Below are positions 30,401 through 39,400 of a stretch of DNA of 64,000 nt, piece after piece. The DNA comes from an uncultured virus (IMG/VR IMGVR_UViG_3300001580_000018) (Duplodnaviria > Heunggongvirae > Uroviricota > Caudoviricetes): positions 1 through 64,000 of IMG/VR virus record IMGVR_UViG_3300001580_000018, one strand, 5' to 3'. Every line of letters begins with the position of its first letter. Position 1 is the first letter of the stretch. The notes below the pieces were generated by a model. It searched no databases. It was not told where the DNA came from and saw nothing but the letters and a program-made list of their open reading frames with translations. Both the position numbers and the translations under genes were made by a program.

Positions 30401-33400
30401 GTACAGGTCATCAGCGATCAAGCCAGTGCTGTGGCATTTTATCAAGTTCCGTTGAACCTTGAAAATAACCCTCTCAACGAGAACAGCAATAGCTTTACCT
30501 TGGGTACTATACGTGCCCAATACGAGACTATTGGACAAAATCTGTCAGATATCCAAGGTCCTATCATTGGAGCCAACAACACACGAGATCTTGGAAACAT
30601 CCTCCGTTATGGTACCAAGATCGTCCAGAATTCTGCGCCATTGGCTCTGGCCGGTCCTTTCTTGAGAGACCGTCGATACGAAGTCATTGATGCGCTGAGA
30701 TTCAACAGCCAAGAATATGAAAAGTTCAAGGCTTTGTTGATGGATCTGGCCAGTCAAGGGGATTTCATCAGCAATACGCCCACACAGATTTTAGATGCTG
30801 TGCTGGCTGAGATCGCGCTTGGTAAGACCAATCAGAGTCCATTCTATTGGGGCGATATGTTGCCCGCAGGACAAAATTATTCTTCCACGTTCTATACTGT
30901 GAGTCTGATCTCAACAGATACATTTGACACAAGACAGACCTACGATTACGATGCCAGCAATTATCTTGGATTGAATGTCTATGTCAATGGAACTATACAG
31001 ATACGAGGTTACGATTACATCGCCAACAGCGGTAGCCGTACCGTGACATTCTTGCGAGATCTTGTAGTTGGAGATCAAATCGAATTCCGAGAATTCTCTG
31101 CTACCTACGGCACCTATGTGCCTAACACTCCTAGCAAAATGGGACTGTATCCTAAATTCTGTCCGGCGATCTACATTGATGAAGCATATGTGAATCCCAC
31201 TCAAGTGATTCGCGGACACGATGGGTCGATCACTGTGGCATTTGGCGATTTTCGAGATCAAGTGTTGTTGGAGTTTGAAATTCGAGTTTTCAATAACATC
31301 AAGATATCTACGCCCGTGCCCATTTCTGCTGCAGAAGTGATCCCGGGGCAGTTTCGCGAGACAGATTATACCTTGGCTGAAATCAATGAAATACTGTCTA
31401 GTGATTTCTTGACTTGGGCCGGATGGAACAAACTAGATTATGCACCACAGACATATCTACCCAACGACCCAATCACATACAACTATGGCCAAAGCAGTAA
31501 CAAGCTCAATGGCCAACCATTGTTGGGCGCATGGCGTGGCATCTACAATTATTTCTATGATACCATAACTCCCAATACCACACCCTGGGAAATGTTGGGA
31601 TTCAGCGAACGTCCCGATTGGTGGGAGAACTACTATGGTCCCGCGCCTTATACTTCGGGTAACTTGGTGTTGTGGGAAGATTTATCACAAGGTCGTGTGC
31701 GCGACCCCAACGGAGAATATTTCTTACCGCAATATGCACGTCCTGGGTTGACCGATGTTATCCCTTCCGATAGCGAAGGAGAATTATTGGCACCCATCGA
31801 CAGCACTGTAGGAAATTATGATGGCACCAGTTTCCGACGCAGTTGGGTGTTTGGCGACGACGGTCCTGTAGAAAATGTCTGGCGTACCAGCTCTAGCTGG
31901 CCTTTCGCCGTGATGAGATTATTGGCCCTGACCAAACCTGCGAAATTCTTCAGCTTATTCGCCGATCGTGATCGGTATGTGTATCAGCCCGATCTAGCAC
32001 AATATCTATGGGATGGGCGTTATCGATTGGACGCCAAGCAATTGTCACCCATTTATGGCAACGGTGTCAGCAAGGCCAGTTACATCAACTGGATTATCGA
32101 TTACAATCGCCAATTGGGAGTCAACAGCACACAGGGGCTGACCGATAAACTGTCAAACATCGGTATACACCTTTGCTGGAGATTGGCTGGATTCTCTGAC
32201 AAAAAATATCTGCGTCTTTACACTGAAAGATCCACCCCCAACAGCAGTAACGCAGGATTGTTGCTGCCCGATGAAAGCTATCAGTTATTGCTGTACAAGA
32301 ACCAACCATTTGAGGAGATTACCTACAGCTCGGTAATCGTGCAACTCACTGACACTGGTTGGCAAGTGTTTGGCTACAGCACCGCTGAACCTTATTTTGA
32401 AATCTTGACCAGCCGACCCAATGGCACTACCATAGTGATCGAAGCTGGCCAAGGAGCAGACAGCACCGCGGTGCGGATCGCCACAGAGCACAGTGACAAT
32501 GTCACACAGATACCCTACGGTTATACTTTTAAAAATCGTACCGCGGTCTGCGATTTCTTGTACAGCTATGGATTATTGCTAGAAAGACAAGGATTCGTCT
32601 TTGAAAATCAAGAAAACGGTTATGTCCTCAACTGGCTGCAGATGTGCCAAGAGTTCCTGTATTGGAGCAATCAAGGATGGTCGCCTGGTGCTATCATCAA
32701 TCTGAACCCAGGTGCCACTCGTATATCTGTGTCTAGACCACAAGCTGTAGTTGACAGCCTAGCTGATCCGAGACCAAAAAATCTCATATTGAATCAGAAT
32801 CGTCAAGCCATACCCCCTGGACAGTTGGTGCTGGAGAGATTGGGCAATGTTTTCCGCGCCACCAGTTTCAATCAGAATACTATCAATTATCTCAACGTCA
32901 GTTTCACGGCCTACGAACACATGGTGGTGCTGGATAATCGCAGCATATTCAATGATCTCATATATGATCCACGCACCGGCGCCCGTCAGAGTCGTATCTT
33001 GGTATCCGGAGTGATTTCTGGCGATTGGGACGGCACGGTAAATGCTCCTGGCTTTGTTCTCAACCAAGACAACATACAGGAATGGATACCAAATCAAGCC
33101 TATGCCAAGGGCGAAATCGTGTTGTTCAAGGGCGAGTATTGGTCAGCGAGTACTATCATACAACCCAGTCGAGAGTTTAATTATACTCTATGGATCAAGA
33201 GTGACTATGACGAAATACAAAAAGGACTCTTGCCCAATGCTTCCAATGCCAGCGATGAATTAGCCAGCGCATATTCGGTCTACAATGCTTCGTTGCAAAA
33301 TGAAACTGATTTGTTTAGCTATGGATTGATTGGATTCCGTCCTCGAGATTACATGACTGCATTAAATCTTGATGACGTCAGTCAAGTACAACTTTATCAA

Positions 33401-36400
33401 CAATTCCTGGGCAGCAAAGGAACAGTCCGTGCTGCTGAGATATTCAGTTTTGCAAATCTTGGAAAAGAGATCGCCGAGTACAACATCTATGAATACTGGG
33501 CGTTGCTCCGAGGAAGCTATGGAGCAACAGCCAATAGAAATTATTTTGAATTATTGTTAGATGCAGCGAAATTGCGCAGTGATCCATCATTGGTGCAGAT
33601 AGTATTACCGCAGGAAACTTCTCAAGCAGATCAGTTGATATTGTTAGAAAATATCTATAAGACCAGCGATCCGTTGATCACCACAGATATTTTGCCCACC
33701 GTGATGTCCCTGGTCAGCGACACGGGCCTGCCCACTGCTGGATATGTCAATCTCGAAGATGTGGACTTTACTGTGTTTGATCTCGAAGATTTTGGCACCA
33801 CACAGAATACGTTGAATCAATCAGTGACTGAAATCGGTGTGGGCAGTACCATCTGGGCAGCCAAGGTCAACAATCATGATTGGGGAGTTTTCCGTGTCGA
33901 AACCGTGCCCGGAGATATCATATTAGTATCAGACAATCTTGACGGTAGATCATTGGTAGAGTTTACTGTGCCACACGGATTGAACGTCAATGATATATTG
34001 ATCATAAGATTCTTCAACGATGCGGTCAATGGCACATATCGTGTGTTATCGGTGCCTTCATTGAATCAAGTCTTGATTGATTATTCGTTCGTTGGACGCC
34101 AGACATCTATCGTTGGTACAGGCGTGGGATTTACGTTACAGAATGCACGGGTATCGCAAGCGTCCGATATTGTGAATTTGCCATATTCTAAGTCTTTGTT
34201 ACCTGGTGATCGTGCATGGGTCGACAATAATAACAACGGACAATGGATGGTGTTGCAGAAACAACAACCATTTTCTGCACGACAAGATGCTCCGCTTGCT
34301 ACTCCTGTGACAGGAAGTCAGTATGGTACCAGCATCACACAAAGCGTAAACAATCTCGCAGCTCTTGTAGGTGCACCCGGGTATGGTATCGGCGGAGCGG
34401 TCTATACCTATATCAAGGATACCACAAATCAATATGCAGAAAATATTATACTGGAACTGGGCACCACAGGTGCAGCCGGGTACGGTAATGCTGCAGATTG
34501 GGGAGATCAAACCTGGGCAGTGGTCGGGGCCAGCGCCAGCAGATCTTCACAGGGATATGCTGTAGTCATCAATCACCCTCCCTCTAGCAATGTTTTCACC
34601 CAGTATCAACTGTTGGTTGACAGCACAGGATCTGCAGCAGACGAATTTGGTCACAGCGTGGCCATCAGCAGGGATGAACGTTGGATATATGTGGGCGCTC
34701 CAGGTGCCAATCGAGTATATGGATATGGGTTGATCGAGGTAGCATTGCAGTCGATAGAATATCAAAGCAATGGTTCCACATTGATTTATTCGTTCAATGG
34801 CTCGATAGAGATCAACAATGTAGAGCAATTGGCAGTGATAGTCAACGGTATACCACAGACTCGTATCACCGATTATAATGTCGATCTGACCAACAAACAA
34901 ATTACTTTTGTGTCTGCACCAGCCGCTGGTGCAGAAATCATCATGGCTCGCCGTATCGATAAATTGATCCCATCAACCGGCGCCTTTACCTATTCTGTGA
35001 TAGATATCTATGGTGCCGATAGTACAACAAGTCTGGCAGTTTATGTCAATGATGTGTTACAGAGACCTGGAATCGATTACACGCTGGTGGGAACAACATT
35101 GACATTTGTCTCGCCACCTTCTGCAGGTGTGCAAATCAGAGTAAGAACCGGCTCCTATTATCGCAAAGTTTTTGAAATTAATGGATCCACGCCCGGCCTG
35201 CCTGCATTGGATTCTGGCGCTAGATTTGGACATTCGGTGACCACAACCACCGATGGTCGTTTGATCGCAGTGGGTGCGCCCGGTCAAGGTAGCCAAGGTC
35301 GTGTGTTTATATTTGATCGTGCGGTGAAGAGATTCCAAGTTGGAACCACGCTATTTCCAGTTGGAACCACAGAGTTTCCAACACAGGAAAGTTTAAACTT
35401 ATCTCCAATCAATGTCACTCTCAACGGTCAATTCTTGGTCAACAATCAAGGCAATGTCAACGGGGATTACACTGTCAACGATGACAGCTCTAATACCGTT
35501 GTTCTCAATAATGCTCCGGCAGCGGGCGACATCGTTGAAGTAGAGACCAATCAGATCAGTTTTGTCCAGGAAATACAGGCCAACATTCCCTCGGCTGGCG
35601 CAGAATTTGGCTCTAGTTTGGATCAGTGTGCCAGCAACTGCAGTCTTTACATTGGTTCACCGAGAGATAGCCAAAATTTAATCGAATCCGGTAGCGTAGA
35701 TTATCAGATCAATCAAGCAAGAGTCTACGGCAGTCTCACAGGTGTCATCCAAAATCCGACATTGACTCCGGGCGATTTCTTACGAGTTAACAATTACTAC
35801 GTTAAGGTAACTGGCACTACTGTAGAAAGTCTGGCACAAGATATCATTGATGCTGTCATACCCAACGTGACAGCCGCAGTTGACAACGGCAAATTAATGA
35901 TTTTCGTCAAAAATCAAAGCACAGCCACACCCGGAAATAGGTTGTCGGTGCTGCCCGGCACAGGATCAGTGTTTTTTGATGTGGGGTTTGAACCATTGGC
36001 TTGGGTACAGACTTTTGCTGCTCCAGTCGAACAAGCCTATGCGCATTTTGGGTCCAGCGTTTATATCAACGAAACATCACAAAATCTAGTGATCGGCGCA
36101 CCGGATGCCACTGCTATAGAATCTTGCACATTTGATGTTTATACGCTGCCGCAGTATTTGGTAGCAGAATTAGGCATTTCCGGTCAGATAGTGCAAACCA
36201 ACACTTACACAGGCGATGGCATAACAGATTACTTTGCCTATGATATCAATAATTCCGCTGGCAAGATAGTGGTCGAAGTCGACGGTGTTGTACAAAATTA
36301 TATCAAAGGATCAACTGGATCTTATTATATAGATCGTAATCCGCGCCCGTGGAATTCAACCACAATATACAATATTGGTGATTTTATAGATTTTAACGGA

Positions 36401-39400
36401 CCAATCTATCGGGCTCTTCAAACAGTCCCGGCTGGGTTCTCGCCGGTTGATGAAATTAATCCGTTGTTGCCAGTTTATTGGGCCAGTGCGACTTTTCCGC
36501 AAGTGTATGCTACAGATATAGCCTATGTAAATTTCACGGCGATACCGTCTGCTGGGTCAACGATAAATGTTTATCAAATATCTGATTCCTATTTGCTGAA
36601 TTCTAATAGCCCAGAAGATATTTCGTCGACCACATTTGATGCTTCCAGCCTTAATTTTCTAGATCCAGTACCTAACAGTGGTGCAGTTTATACCTTTGAT
36701 TTGCTATCTGCAGTCAATCCGTCAATTACCAATCCTTCAAAATTCGTATTTGGTCAGCAGATACTTCCAACCAATCTTGCACCTTATGATAGATTTGGTG
36801 CGGCAGTCAACTACACCACCGGTACCTTGTTGTGTGGTGCCCCTGGCTACAACGACGATAGTTCAGTGACTGACTCTGGACGGGTAGTGGAGTTTATCAA
36901 TCAAGGACGTCAACCCGCTTGGACGATAACACGCATTCAGAAATCCGTGGTCGACATCAACTGTTTAAACTCTGTGTTCATGTATGATCGATTCGCATCC
37001 AGCACCAAACAGTATTTTGACTTCATCGATCCGTTGCAAGGACGGTTGTTGGGCGCAGTCCGCCAAAATCTAGATTACATTGGCGCTATAGATCCTGCCG
37101 CATACAATGTGGGCTCCGTCAACAACTATGGTCAACGCTGGGCTGAAGAACGTGTGGGAGAGATGTGGTGGGATACTGCCAACGCCAGATTCCTTGATCC
37201 CAATCAAGACGACATCGTTTATGCTAGCCGTCGTTGGGCACAACTATTCCCGGGCAGCACGATTGATGTATATCAATGGATATCGAGTTCAGTTCCTCCG
37301 GCACAATATACTGGCCCTGGACAAGTCCGGGATACTGAAAGTTATGTGTCAGTGACCGGCGTCAATGATCAAGGGATCATCGAACCTGTTTATTACTTTT
37401 GGGTGCGCGGAATACGCACAGTAAATCGTGCTGCCCGCAAGACTTTGGGCGCCGAAACAGTAGCGAGATACATCGAATCTCCCAAGTCCAGCGGTATCGC
37501 TTATATCGCCCCGATCAACGCCAGCACGGTCGCTATCTATAATGGATTGCCTTATATCTCTGCCGAAGATACAGTATTACACATAGAGTACGATCAGACT
37601 CCCAACGATGATGCTGTACACGTCGAATACAATCTTGTGACACAAAATCGAGCTGATGGTTTCCTGATTCCTACCAGTTATCGCAAATGGTTAGATAGTT
37701 TCTCGGGCTACGACACCGTGGGCAATCCCGTGCCAGATCCGTTCTTGCCCGAGAGTGAACGCTATGGTATAAATTTCCGTCCTCGCCAGAGCATGTTTGC
37801 CAATAGATTCTTGGCCCTGCAAAATTACCTGCAGCAGGCCAACTCTGTGATGAAAGATCTGCCCATACGCGAGATACGCAGTTTTCCATTGTTGGAAAGC
37901 AGCGAACCGATCCCCACATCGTCTTCGGAGGAATGGAATTTACAAGTAGCTAACTTGGCAGAACTCAGCTATCAGGATCTCGCTATAGTGCCAGCTACTT
38001 CAATCCAAGCAGTATCTTGGTCCGGGGCTTCGTCGTCAACTATACAAGTTTCTAATCCAAGCGTGTTACAAGTTGGACAACTTGTGATTGGGGAGAACAT
38101 ACCCAGCAACACATTTATCGGATCCATATCTGGTAATTTAGTATCATTGATAAACTCTGCAGGAATATCAGTATCTACAACTGGCTCCAGTACAACTTCT
38201 CAGCAGATAACATTCCAAGGATATCGTTATCTAGTGCTTAATGATAGCAGCAATAATGGACTTTGGACAATATACGAAGTGCAATCTGGCACGCTACCGG
38301 GTTCTAAGGGTTTGGGCCTGATACGAGTGCAAAATTACGACACTCCCAAATATTGGCAGTACATTGATTGGTACCTCCCTGGATATAATCCCAGCACGAT
38401 ACTGGTGGCCGAAGTTCCTAATTATTCTGCACTGGAGACCATCACAGTGCCCGATGGCAGCAGCGTCAAAGTCACTGCCAACGCACAGGGATTCTGGGAG
38501 ATCTATCGACTCACGGCTGGTACTTGGGTTCGTGTGGCCTTGCAATCGGGCACCGTAGAGATACTGCCAGAAATCTGGGATTATTCAATTGGTCGATTTG
38601 GATTCGACGTTGAAGTGTTTGACGCACAATATTTTGACCAAGAACCTATAACCGAAACACGTCGCATCTTACAGAGCCTCAATGAAGAAATTTTCATCGA
38701 TGATTTGGCCATCGAGCGCAATCGACTGCTGATCCTGACATTTAATTACATCCTGGGCGAGCAGATCGCTCCGTTGTGGTTGACCAAGACTTCGCTGATC
38801 GATGTGGACCATGTGATCCGTAATCTCGAGCCCTTCCAGATCTATCGTTTAGATAATCAGGACTTTGTGCTGAATTACATCCAGGAAGTCAAGCCTTATC
38901 ACACACAGATCCGTGAATTCAATCTCATATACCAAGGATCCGATGAATATCAGGGTACGGTCACAGACTTTGATGTGCCAGCTTATTGGAATGCACAAGA
39001 AAATCTATTTGTAAGTCCAGTGCTGGATGATGTTGGCAATCTCAGCACTACTTCTAGCACACCTAGTACCAGTGAAATCTGGCAAACACTACCATGGAGC
39101 CAATGGTATCAAAATTATCTGCTGGGGATCGAAAGTGTGACCATCGTTGACGGTGGTTCCGGATATACCGTTCCGCCCGAAGTTGTGATTACAGGCGAGT
39201 GTGAACGACCAGCAGTGGCGATCGCTAACATCAACAGTGCAGGTCGGGTCTCGAGCATCGACGTCGTTGATCCAGGATTGGGATATCGTACCACTGCTAT
39301 TATCACTCTAGAGGGCGGCAATGGCATAGGTGCTCGGGCAGTGGCCAACATGGGCAATAGTCTGGTACGAGACATCAAGACCACGATTAAGTATGATCGC